IMG/VR virus record: IMGVR_UViG_3300032240_002557
Location: 1 to 64,000 of that record
DNA: 64,000 bases
Direction: 5' to 3' (one strand)
Origin: a virus
Position numbers and translations under genes: made by a program. Below the pieces are notes generated by a model, which was not told the DNA's origin, did not search any database, and was given only the letters and a program-made list of their open reading frames with translations. This document shows positions 55,743 through 64,000 of this stretch, in pieces. Position 1 is the first letter of the stretch; each line of letters begins with the position of its first letter.

Positions 55743-58073
55743 TTAGTCTTTCTTTAATAAGTTTTTTAATTCTTCTATTTGAATTTGTTGCTCTTTGATT
55801 CCCTGAATCAATAATGAAACTATATTACCGTAAGAAACCATTAATGTTCCATCTTCTTTAGTCGTAATAACTTCAGGTAGTACCCTTTGTATCTCTTGTG
55901 CTATTACCCCTGCTCTTCTTGATTTGTCATCAGAATCTGTTCTAACAAAAGTGACACCTCTTATTTGCATAATCTTTTCTAGTGCATCTTTTATCTCTTC
56001 AACGTTCTCTTTTACTGATTCGTCGGAATAAGCAGCTATATCACCAGATGCGTAAATTGATACGCCACTTACGTCCCCTTCTACGTGTATCGGCCATCCA
56101 GGGGAAGCCGTATTATATCCAAGTCTTTGAGAGGATGCATTCCAATAAAGTTTAGTTGTTGATTCAATATTAGTGCTACTTGTAAAGTATGCTAAATATG
56201 GGGTTGTCCCTGAATTTGTACCAGGTCCTACTGCTCCTTGAGCTCCTGTATATCCCTGAGCCCCTGCTGCTCCTTGTGATCCCGTTGCTCCTTGAGCTCC
56301 TGTTACACCCTGAGCTCCCTGAGCTCCTGTTCCACCCTGTGCCCCTTGAGTTCCAGTTGCTCCTTGAGCTCCTGTTGCTCCTTGAGCCCCGTTAACCCCA
56401 GATCTTCCCGAAGATCCCGAAGTTCCAGCATTTCCTGAAGTTCCTGCTGTCCCTGCTGGTCCAACTGCACCATCTAGATTTAGATTCCATATATCAGTAG
56501 AAATATAGCTATTTGCCCCTGTTACTGCATCGATTTTAATGTCTAAATAGCCATTAGCTTTAATAAATCCGATTACAGTACCTGTTATGAAATTATCAGC
56601 ATCGATTGCAAGAACTACACTTTGTGCTACAGTATATGAAAGGTTTTGCGATATGGTGTTAAAATATGCATTAGTACCTAATAAACTTTGAGATAGAGTT
56701 ATAGACCCACCAGTATTGTGGGTAAGATCCGTCAAATAAGCAGTGTCTGCATATTTGTCCCCGGCTATTCCAGAACTACCTGAAGTACCTGTAGTTCCTG
56801 ACGTTCCTGTTGTTCCTGAAGATCCAGAGGATCCTGCTCTTCCTGAAGATCCTGAGGTACTACTAGTTCCAGAAGAGCCTGATGACCCATCTTTACCTGA
56901 TGAACCTGCTGATCCTGAAGTACCCGTTGATCCTGAAGTACCCGTTGATCCTGATGTTCCAGTTCTCCCAGAAGATCCTGAAGTACCAGTTGATCCTGAT
57001 GTTCCGTTCATTCCAGAAGTTCCTGAACTTCCACTTGCTCCTTGAGCACCCTTAGGTCCGATTGTTCCCGATTCACCAGAAGTTCCTGATGTGCTGCTGG
57101 TTCCTGAAGATCCTGATGTTCCTGTTCTACCTGAAGATCCTGCACTTCCTGATGTTCCATTATTACCGTTATCACCATTAGCTCCTGATGTACCTGCTGA
57201 TCCAGATGTCCCCGAAGATCCATTAGGAGGTCCAGGTTCACCTTGTGCTCCTTGTGCACCCTGTGCTCCTGAAGCTCCCGTTGCACCATGTGCTCCTGAG
57301 AAAGTTATCCAATCTGTAACACCATCAATACCTCCTGACATTTCTCCACCGTCTTCTAAAAGTGTTATTCCTGTTAATTCAAAAGTTATCGCTGCTCCGT
57401 TTAGGTATTCAGCATATCCACTTACTGATTTAAGTGTGACTGTAGTTGCGTCTGAGATAGCTTCTATTTTAGTATTAGAAGATAAAACTATATCTGCTAC
57501 TATTTGCTGTCCTGTTTTGTAAACAACGTCTTGACACGTTGAAGTAACTAGAAGTACTCCGTCAACATAAATCTTAATAGTACCACCTAGTACAACACCA
57601 AGTATAGTAAAAGTAAATGACGAGGGGGTTTCTCCACTATAAGCGTATCCCTGGAAATCTTTTCCTGTAAATCTAATTTGTCCAGGTACTGAAGGTTTTG
57701 TTAGCTCTGTGTTTCGATCTGGTCTAAGTCTTACCCTACCACCGTCTCCTTTCTTGTTATAAACATCAATATCTCCACCAACAAAAAGATCTTTAGAAAG
57801 ATTAGTAGAAGAAGCTGTAATTCCTCCGTTATTTCCGTCCATCACTATTTTAGCTACTCCTGTTGCAGGAAGTTGGACTGAATTTGCTCTAAGTATGTTT
57901 ACAAAGAAATCTGCGCTCTTTGCGTCCATGCCTGGTATTTCTATAGTAATACCAAAAGTGGACTGTAAAAGCGCTATAGCGTCTTTTAACTGCTTAAAAT
58001 TTTGATCTATTGTTAGATCTTTGGTATTCGATGTCGAAACCGGCTGTATGGTTAAATCTGTTAGTTCTGTCAT
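55743..58073 (-). CDS. Collagen-like fibre protein with C-terminal intramolecular chaperone (peptidase S74)
   Basis: Two Gly-X-Y blocks; C-terminal YSDESVKENV...GVIAQEIQRVLPEV...VSYGNIVSLLIQGIKEQQ. Confidence 0.88.
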   Translation of the reverse strand: MTELTDLTIQPVSTSNTKDLTIDQNFKQLKDAIALLQSTFGITIEIPGMDAKSADFFVNILRANSVQLPATGVAKIVMDGNNGGITASSTNLSKDLFVGGDIDVYNKKGDGGRVRLRPDRNTELTKPSVPGQIRFTGKDFQGYAYSGETPSSFTFTILGVVLGGTIKIYVDGVLLVTSTCQDVVYKTGQQIVADIVLSSNTKIEAISDATTVTLKSVSGYAEYLNGAAITFELTGITLLEDGGEMSGGIDGVTDWITFSGAHGATGASGAQGAQGAQGEPGPPNGSSGTSGSAGTSGANGDNGNNGTSGSAGSSGRTGTSGSSGTSSTSGTSGESGTIGPKGAQGASGSSGTSGMNGTSGSTGTSGSSGRTGTSGSTGTSGSTGTSGSAGSSGKDGSSGSSGTSSTSGSSGRAGSSGSSGTTGTSGTTGTSGSSGIAGDKYADTAYLTDLTHNTGGSITLSQSLLGTNAYFNTISQNLSYTVAQSVVLAIDADNFITGTVIGFIKANGYLDIKIDAVTGANSYISTDIWNLNLDGAVGPAGTAGTSGNAGTSGSSGRSGVNGAQGATGAQGATGTQGAQGGTGAQGAQGVTGAQGATGSQGAAGAQGYTGAQGAVGPGTNSGTTPYLAYFTSSTNIESTTKLYWNASSQRLGYNTASPGWPIHVEGDVSGVSIYASGDIAAYSDESVKENVEEIKDALEKIMQIRGVTFVRTDSDDKSRRAGVIAQEIQRVLPEVITTKEDGTLMVSYGNIVSLLIQGIKEQQIQIEELKNLLKKD
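56220..56471 (-). repeat. Gly-X-Y repeat block (GAQ/GAT)
   Basis: About 28 triplets. Confidence 0.9.
56760..57296 (-). repeat. Gly-X-Y repeat block, Ser/Thr-rich (GTS/GSS)
   Basis: About 180 residues of GTSGSSGTSGST-type triplets with few interruptions. Confidence 0.9.
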
Positions 58074-58091
58074 TTCTAGTGGATACTTTTC

Positions 58092-58101
58092 TTATATATC
58101 C
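58092..58101 (-). promoter_or_regulatory. Candidate late promoter GGATATATAA
   Basis: Upstream of the fibre gene. Confidence 0.7.
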
Positions 58102-58119
58102 ATAGAAAAAAGAACCAGA

Positions 58120-58518
58120 TTAACCTATCTGCTCAGAAATCGATTTACAAAAATCTTTAAATTCTTTAGGGTAAAATTTGCTCAGTTCAGATATCTCTCG
58201 ATCAGAGATTTCGTATTTCCTTTTTATTATTTCTGCAACTTCCTCAGGAGGGGTAAAGTTTTTAATCTTATCTTTCTTAATAGTTGCAGTATAGAACCAA
58301 CCAGGAACTGTTTTATATTTCAGATTTAATGTCGCTCTCCAGTAATCTATGACAGAAACTGGATCTATTTTAGTGTTATTAAAAGCATTTGCTTGTAATG
58401 GAAATGAAATTGACATGATCCTATTGATCATGAAGAAATTTTTCCCTTTCTCAATCTTAGAAATCTCGTCCCATTTCTTCTGGGTAAAGAAGCATTTTAG
58501 TATATCAAATAATTCCAT
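58120..58518 (-). CDS. Probable clamp loader small subunit (gp62-like)
   Basis: FFMINRIMS and IIKRKYEISDRE resemble gp62 patterns; in the same operon as the gp44-like gene. Confidence 0.55.
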   Translation of the reverse strand: MELFDILKCFFTQKKWDEISKIEKGKNFFMINRIMSISFPLQANAFNNTKIDPVSVIDYWRATLNLKYKTVPGWFYTATIKKDKIKNFTPPEEVAEIIKRKYEISDREISELSKFYPKEFKDFCKSISEQIG

Positions 58519-59657
58519 TATTTCTTTTTAAAGCTCATAAAAGGATTAAAAGCAGATGGTGCTTCATATTTGTCCCATCTGGATCTTCCAATTAAATTTG
58601 TCTTATCTGTCAGTGTTGGCTTTATTTCAAGGTCAGTATTTGAATAGGAAAATTCCATTGCTGCTAGTACTTCTTCAGGTATTACATGTTCAGATAGCCA
58701 TACCAGTTGAGCATTCTCGTGATAATTGTTTGCAACCTCTTGTCTATTAGCTGCTGTGTCAGTATATGAAAGTGATCTTAAAACATATCCAGAAACCCAA
58801 TCTTTAAATTCATCATTCTTCCAAATATCTTCTAATCTAGAATTACCCCATCCGGATTGTTTAAAATTCTCGTAGATGGAAGCAGATTTTGCTGGTGTTA
58901 GTTTAAATATCTTACCAGGTGTTTTTTCGTAAGAAAATATGCTAGGAACGTTATCTCCTTTATCCCCAGTTAAGATCTTTTCAAAAATTAATTTATCCTT
59001 ATTCACTATTTCTAGTGTTGCAGATGCTGCAAGATTGGCTATTTTCTCTTTTTCACTATTCTGAACAAAATCTAGATTGAAAATAGAAACATCTTCTTCT
59101 TTTTCTAAATAATCTGATTTCCAATTCTTATCACAGAATATTTTATTATTCTTAGAATTAGCATTCCAACAGATCGTCCATCTTCCATTTTCACATTCAA
59201 CCAATTGGTGGCTGTCTTTATCACCTGAATAAATTATGACGTTATGCCCTTGTTCTTTTAATTTCTTATTCCAAAACCATAAAAGATCATCACCTTCTGC
59301 TCCCTGAGCTTTAGAATAGATGTAGCCGTTTAATTCTAAGAATTTACCAAACTCCTCCATCAGAATAAAAAAAGATCCCCAATCTACAGTTTCACTCTTA
59401 ACCCTTCCTGATTTATATTCTTCTCTCTTAATGTCTAAGTTTTTTCTCCAAGATCTAGAATCCTTACAGAATATAACATATCCTGTTGTGGGTATTTGAT
59501 TCAGTGAATAACAAATATCTGTCATGATTTTTCTCATAAACATTCCTTGTTCTTCATTTCTGGAAAGAACTTCCCCGGGCTGTTTAGAACCAAAATCGGA
59601 GAATATTGCAAATGTTTTGTGGAAAAGATAATTTCCGTCTATTATAACGCTAGTCAT
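58518..59657 (-). CDS. rnh: 5'-3' exonuclease / T4-type RNase H (FEN family)
   Basis: IIDGNYL, DSRSWRK, EGDD, SGDKD, LTGDKGDNVP. Confidence 0.88.
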   Translation of the reverse strand: MTSVIIDGNYLFHKTFAIFSDFGSKQPGEVLSRNEEQGMFMRKIMTDICYSLNQIPTTGYVIFCKDSRSWRKNLDIKREEYKSGRVKSETVDWGSFFILMEEFGKFLELNGYIYSKAQGAEGDDLLWFWNKKLKEQGHNVIIYSGDKDSHQLVECENGRWTICWNANSKNNKIFCDKNWKSDYLEKEEDVSIFNLDFVQNSEKEKIANLAASATLEIVNKDKLIFEKILTGDKGDNVPSIFSYEKTPGKIFKLTPAKSASIYENFKQSGWGNSRLEDIWKNDEFKDWVSGYVLRSLSYTDTAANRQEVANNYHENAQLVWLSEHVIPEEVLAAMEFSYSNTDLEIKPTLTDKTNLIGRSRWDKYEAPSAFNPFMSFKKK

Positions 59658-59658
59658 A

Positions 59659-60138
59659 TTAAAAGTCTTGATTTGTTACCCTCATATCATAGTTGGAAAA
59701 TTCGAAAAAATCCTGATCGTCTGCTTCTATCCTACGATCTACAGAATCTGCGTCTTTCCTTTGAAGTAATCTTTGTTTTATAATTTCTTTTGGCGGATCT
59801 ATGAAAATGACAAAACATTTTTCTCTATCTTCTGCCTTAATATTATTTACCCCTCTAGGTGTCATAATAAATAAATTTGATCTTTTAAAATCGTCAATTA
59901 GTGTTCCGTATTTCCATCCATTAAATTCGTCTACTTCGTAGAAGTTAATAGAATTATTTTCAAAAAATTGAAAGTCTGTAAATTTATAATCCTTACCTTC
60001 TTGTTCTCCTTCCCTAATTGGTCTACTTGTATGGGAAACACAATACCTAAATCCCCTTGCTTCAAATTTTTTGCGAAGAAAATCCTTACCTGACCCACCA
60101 CGACCAACTATAACTATTTTACAATCATCGGTAATCAT
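59659..60138 (-). CDS. gmk: Guanylate kinase
   Basis: GRGGSGKD, VSHTSRPIREGEQEGKDYKF, FNGWKYGT. Confidence 0.88.
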   Translation of the reverse strand: MITDDCKIVIVGRGGSGKDFLRKKFEARGFRYCVSHTSRPIREGEQEGKDYKFTDFQFFENNSINFYEVDEFNGWKYGTLIDDFKRSNLFIMTPRGVNNIKAEDREKCFVIFIDPPKEIIKQRLLQRKDADSVDRRIEADDQDFFEFSNYDMRVTNQDF

Positions 60139-61082
60139 TACTGTGTTAATTTTTGTATTGAATAGAATAATGAGAGCAAACTAACAACCGGATCTATAAC
60201 TTGAGTTCTTTGTGCTTGGTGCTGTGCAACAAGAATAAGAACCGCAGGAATTATCTGAATCTTATCTGACTTCTTCTCTCTTATCCATTCTATAAATTCA
60301 CGTCCTAAAGATTCCATAACTTCACCGACCGAATTAGAATATTGTCCTGCTATAACCTGATAGCTTTTTACTGGATCTAATTTTTGAAAAAGCATTTCGT
60401 AAAGTTCTTCGTAATCCCAAGACGATTCCGAGACCTTCTCCTCTGTGATCTCTGTAGTTCCTTGAATCTGCCATCTTTGCATACAATTTAGTGCAGATCT
60501 CATGTCTGGATAAAACTTCTTTACGAAAGATTTAGTTGCTCTATCATCAATAGAGATATTAAGCTTACTCAGGATAAGAACTATTCTTTTTTCCCATTCG
60601 TCTCTAAGTTCTTGTTCTTCTTCTTTGTTTACCGGATCAAAGATAAAAACTTCGAATCTACTTTTCATAGGATCTGGTACTTTATTGATCCAATTACAAG
60701 TAGCTACGAATCTAGTGTTCTTTGCAAACTTCTCCATTGTTCCGCGGAGTGCTTTGTAGAATTGATCAGATGCGCCGTCAAACTCATCCAACACCACAAC
60801 TTTCATGGCATTAGTATCATCCATAATAGAAATAGTTGAGCAGAATCCAGTGATCTTGTCCCGAACGGTATCAACAGAACTTTCGTCCGATACGTTAATG
60901 AATAATCTTGGTGAATCGTTGGACAGAATCTTAGCTAAAGATGTTTTACCAGAACCTGGTGTTCCGGTTAATAAAACATTCTGCTGAAGCCCGTTAGCAA
61001 AAGCATCTTTGATTCTCTTTGGAAGAATCATGTGCTCCAATTTCTTAGGTCTTAATTTCTCTGTTAAAAGGCTGTTTATCAT
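60138..61082 (-). CDS. gp44: Clamp loader AAA+ subunit (gp44 / RFC small subunit-like)
   Basis: EKLRP, GTPGSGKT, LDEFD, TCN, KSRF, PDMRS. Confidence 0.92.
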   Translation of the reverse strand: MINSLLTEKLRPKKLEHMILPKRIKDAFANGLQQNVLLTGTPGSGKTSLAKILSNDSPRLFINVSDESSVDTVRDKITGFCSTISIMDDTNAMKVVVLDEFDGASDQFYKALRGTMEKFAKNTRFVATCNWINKVPDPMKSRFEVFIFDPVNKEEEQELRDEWEKRIVLILSKLNISIDDRATKSFVKKFYPDMRSALNCMQRWQIQGTTEITEEKVSESSWDYEELYEMLFQKLDPVKSYQVIAGQYSNSVGEVMESLGREFIEWIREKKSDKIQIIPAVLILVAQHQAQRTQVIDPVVSLLSLFYSIQKLTQ

Positions 61083-62401
61083 TTCTTTTTGTTAAATCTA
61101 ATTACTAAATCTTCTGGTTCTGTTTTATCACTTCTTACTTCAATAAATCTAGGAAGGAATAAAGATTTATTCCCGTGCTTATCTTCTATAGGAACATTGT
61201 ATTGGATTGTTACAATTTTTCCAATATAAGAATCTGGGTCTTTAGAAAGCATTTTTAAATCTGATTCTGTGAATCCTGAACCTACCTTTACTTGGTATTG
61301 CCCGGAAAGATCTTTACAATCAAATCCGCCTATAAATCCTTCCCTCTTGCCCTCTCCTGGGTACCATCCAGTAACTACTAAATCGCAATCTTCTACCTCC
61401 TTGAATTTAATCCAAGACTTAGATCTTTTGCATTCATAAACGTGTGAAGGATCTTTCATAATAACTCCCTCACCTCCGTTAGCTACTATTTGTTCGTAAA
61501 TAGGCATTAATTCTTCCTTAGTCTTAGCTTCCCATTTTCTTGCCAAAACCACGTTAGGAGTTTCACCGCTTGTTTCAAAAACTCTTTCAAGTGTTTGTCT
61601 TCTTATTGTATAGGGTGCGGTTCCTTTTCCTTCTCTGATAGATGACATACCATCAATATCAAAAACATTAAAAAGTAGATCATCACCGATTAATTCCTTA
61701 GGAGATCCTTTTAGAATCTGATTAACTTTACCACTTACGCTTTTTCTGTCTTTATCTGTTAGCTCGCCATCAAAGAATATGTTACCAAGATCTCTACTTA
61801 AATGCTTAAGCTGGTCTGCTATTTTAGTTAGATACTTGACATCTAGTTCATTAAATGCTCTGGTGTAAAATTTGGCCTTTCCCCCTTCGATTGAGCAAAT
61901 AACCCTAACACCGTCATATTTCTCCTCGCATACAATAGAATCCCATTTATCAATAGCTTTGTGGTCATCCTCAGCGAGCATTAAGCTAGGATCAGGGATT
62001 AGCTCCTTTCCTACTGCTTTATTAATAAGCTTAGCACCTACCCCTATGTTCATTCGCTTTGTAAGCACTTTAGCAAGCACTTTATTTAATTCTGTATGAT
62101 AACCAGTGGATTCAACCAATCGTTCAGCTTTGGACCTTAAATTGTCGTTTATAGCTGGTGCTTTTTTAAGCTCCTCACATAGATTTACAAATTCCTTGAA
62201 TAATTCGGGATTTTCATTGCTGGCTGCATCGCCATATTCTAATTTATGAAGTTTTGTTGTGACGAAGGGGTCAAAACAGATAGAGAGAATATATTCCAGT
62301 TCTGGGGATAAATTGTCAGCAATTAATTGCTGTTTTTTCTTTTGTGATCCGTCCCCAGTGGAGCTTTCAATTTCTAAGAGTAACTCAAGTTCTTTCCTCA
62401 T
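61079..62401 (-). CDS. lig: ATP-dependent DNA ligase
   Basis: EEKYDGVR, FDGEL, FNVFD, EGVIMK, YECKRSKSWIKFK, VGSGF, SLFLPRF. Confidence 0.95.
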   Translation of the reverse strand: MRKELELLLEIESSTGDGSQKKKQQLIADNLSPELEYILSICFDPFVTTKLHKLEYGDAASNENPELFKEFVNLCEELKKAPAINDNLRSKAERLVESTGYHTELNKVLAKVLTKRMNIGVGAKLINKAVGKELIPDPSLMLAEDDHKAIDKWDSIVCEEKYDGVRVICSIEGGKAKFYTRAFNELDVKYLTKIADQLKHLSRDLGNIFFDGELTDKDRKSVSGKVNQILKGSPKELIGDDLLFNVFDIDGMSSIREGKGTAPYTIRRQTLERVFETSGETPNVVLARKWEAKTKEELMPIYEQIVANGGEGVIMKDPSHVYECKRSKSWIKFKEVEDCDLVVTGWYPGEGKREGFIGGFDCKDLSGQYQVKVGSGFTESDLKMLSKDPDSYIGKIVTIQYNVPIEDKHGNKSLFLPRFIEVRSDKTEPEDLVIRFNKKK

Positions 62402-62419
62402 TTGATTTTATTTAGAGAT

Positions 62420-62427
62420 CAAATATA
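62420..62427 (-). promoter_or_regulatory. Possible Bacteroidetes-type -7 promoter element TATATTTG
   Basis: Matches TAnnTTTG, upstream of the ligase/replication operon; no clean -33 TTTG. Confidence 0.45.
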
Positions 62428-62461
62428 TGAAAACTTCTCGGGTTTAAAAAATGTTTCGGTC

Positions 62462-64000
62462 TTAAGCCTCCGGTGCTGGTGTTTCAGCAGCGGGCTCTGC
62501 AGCAGGCTCGGCAGCAGGTTCAGCAGCAGGTTCAGCAGCAGGCTCTGCAGCAGGTTCAGCTGCAGGGGTAGCCCCCCCTTCAGTAGCAGTAGTTGCTGAT
62601 TCCTTACCTTCCTCCTCCTCTTTCTTCTTGTATATGTCATTAACCCTTCTGTCCTCATTGGTTAATCCTAAGAACTTATCTATAAGGAATCCCTGGTCAA
62701 AGAAAGGAAGTTCTTCCTCTCCAACTTTTTCTTTAATGTCAGAAAGTCCTGCTATAAAATCTATCTTTTTAATTAATTGCTCTATCTCTTTAGATTCCCC
62801 AAATTGATTATCGGAATTAAATTTAATTCCTAATTGGGATCTAAAGATTGGATCCTCACCTAATTCCGGATGATCTAATGTCATCTGAATCCACAAAGGC
62901 TTAAGGAGAATTTCTTGATAGATCGATCTAATTCTATTAATGAATTTATTATATCTAATTTCGTCTCTTTCTGCGGATTCAGCACCAATCTTATAAGTAC
63001 CAACTGTACCCCCGGATCTTGCAGCAAATCTGTTAAAAGGAATTTTAGAATCTGCTTTCAATTTATTGAAGAAATAAACTACAGCATCAATAACATTAAG
63101 ATTTGGACCTGCGTTATTTATTGTTTCAACCTTAGGAGATTCCCCACCTTGCACAGGAAAAAGATAGTTTTTATAAAACTGAAGTTCTGGTCTACCATTA
63201 ATACTTAATTGGCCGGAATCTGTGTTTAAATTGATGTCTTCTTTATACATGCTCATCAATTCGCCTAGGGTTTCTTTTGCTTTTTGCGGTGATCTAGATC
63301 CAACAGGAATTGTCATCTTAATTCTGAAAGAAGCATTCATTACGTTCCAGATAATTCTGGTATGCTCCATAATCTTTAGTAAGTTATGGGATCTAATTAA
63401 TCTTTCAACATAACTGGATCTGCTTGCACTATTTCCTTTAGTAAAAGAGATATAAATTACTTGTGCATCGTATAATCTTCTTTCTTTGGTTGAATCACCA
63501 TAGTATTGATACCAAACTTGTTCTGCCTGTCCTTTAGCGTTTCTTTCAATAGAAGGTGTTAATGAAATTGGATCTAATTCTTTAAATCCTACAATATCTT
63601 TTCCTGTATCTGAATAAACTATTTCAAATGCAAGAAATCCTTCAATCAAAAATTGTCTAAAATATTGCCACGCAGAAATTCCATTATTGAATCCATGAAG
63701 AATATACATTTTTCTAAAATTCTCCCTAAGTGAATCTGCAACTTCATCAGTTAAATCCATATTAACTAACGAAAGATTACAACAGAAATTTCTATCATCA
63801 TAAACAATCGCTTCGTCTGCTAAGATATCTAGGATCCATTCTATTTCTGCATTCAAAGAAAAACTTCTTAAAAAATCTCTTTTGAAAGGATAATCCTTAT
63901 CAAAATAAGCAATGTATTTTCTGTTATATGTGTCTTGAGAAGCTAGGCTGAAAATAAAATCTTCATCAGAATCAGTAATAGCTAATTTCTGTCTTAGCAT
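62462..64000 (-). CDS. gp20: Portal vertex protein (gp20-like), probably 5'-truncated by the window edge
   Basis: EIEWILDILADEAIV, FRQFLIEG, SYVERLIR, YFFNKLKADSKIPFNRF, ERDEIRYNKFINRIRS. Confidence 0.88.
   Translation of the reverse strand: MLRQKLAITDSDEDFIFSLASQDTYNRKYIAYFDKDYPFKRDFLRSFSLNAEIEWILDILADEAIVYDDRNFCCNLSLVNMDLTDEVADSLRENFRKMYILHGFNNGISAWQYFRQFLIEGFLAFEIVYSDTGKDIVGFKELDPISLTPSIERNAKGQAEQVWYQYYGDSTKERRLYDAQVIYISFTKGNSASRSSYVERLIRSHNLLKIMEHTRIIWNVMNASFRIKMTIPVGSRSPQKAKETLGELMSMYKEDINLNTDSGQLSINGRPELQFYKNYLFPVQGGESPKVETINNAGPNLNVIDAVVYFFNKLKADSKIPFNRFAARSGGTVGTYKIGAESAERDEIRYNKFINRIRSIYQEILLKPLWIQMTLDHPELGEDPIFRSQLGIKFNSDNQFGESKEIEQLIKKIDFIAGLSDIKEKVGEEELPFFDQGFLIDKFLGLTNEDRRVNDIYKKKEEEEGKESATTATEGGATPAAEPAAEPAAEPAAEPAAEPAAEPAAETPAPEA
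62480..62570 (-). repeat. 12-bp tandem repeat encoding (PAAE)n portal tail
   Basis: About 6 copies of GCAGCAGG(C/T)TC(A/G/T). Confidence 0.85.

Noticed and set aside
56189-57522. Pro/Asp/Val-rich opposite-strand and shifted ORFs
   Set aside because: Shadows of the Gly-X-Y repeats.
1-64000. Stop-codon reassignment as in some megaphages
   Set aside because: Standard-code ORFs tile the window at full length, and both TAG (e.g. 37650, 35462) and TGA (e.g. 8701, 61079) end genes at sensible boundaries.

Overview
This window is a gene-dense, AT-rich segment of a very large T4-superfamily (myovirus-type, jumbo/mega-) phage genome read with the standard genetic code, mostly on the minus strand. Positions 1-21050 form a baseplate/neck module (gp7-like ORF missing from the ORF track, gp6, gp25, gp13, gp5, hub- and gp53-like genes) interrupted by an amidoligase-like gene and a 4-domain ribosomal protein S1 homologue. 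Positions 25167-32970 hold a GDP-fucose glycosylation cluster (gmd, fcl, GT10 fucosyltransferase, other GTs, methyltransferases). Positions 33.8-39.6 kb contain a hyper-acidic protein, a RimK ATP-grasp fused to a RimB-like aspartyl protease, and an AsnB/kinase pair. The head module (major capsid, prohead protease-scaffold fusion) is flanked by putative internal/ejection proteins. It is followed by a repair cluster with a NEIL1-like glycosylase, a collagen-like fibre, replication genes and a partial portal gene. Two patterns cut across the annotation. (1) A candidate late-promoter motif, RRATATATA (mostly GGATATATA), lies in front of about 15 genes. (2) About a dozen otherwise unrelated proteins share a T4-like capsid-targeting leader and a [ILV]NE protease site, and in several of them cleavage would expose a Gly-initiated amphipathic helix. 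This suggests a large programmed set of head-packaged, maturation-activated cargo proteins. A Bacteroidetes host is weakly suggested. All calls come from reading motifs by eye; no searches were run.
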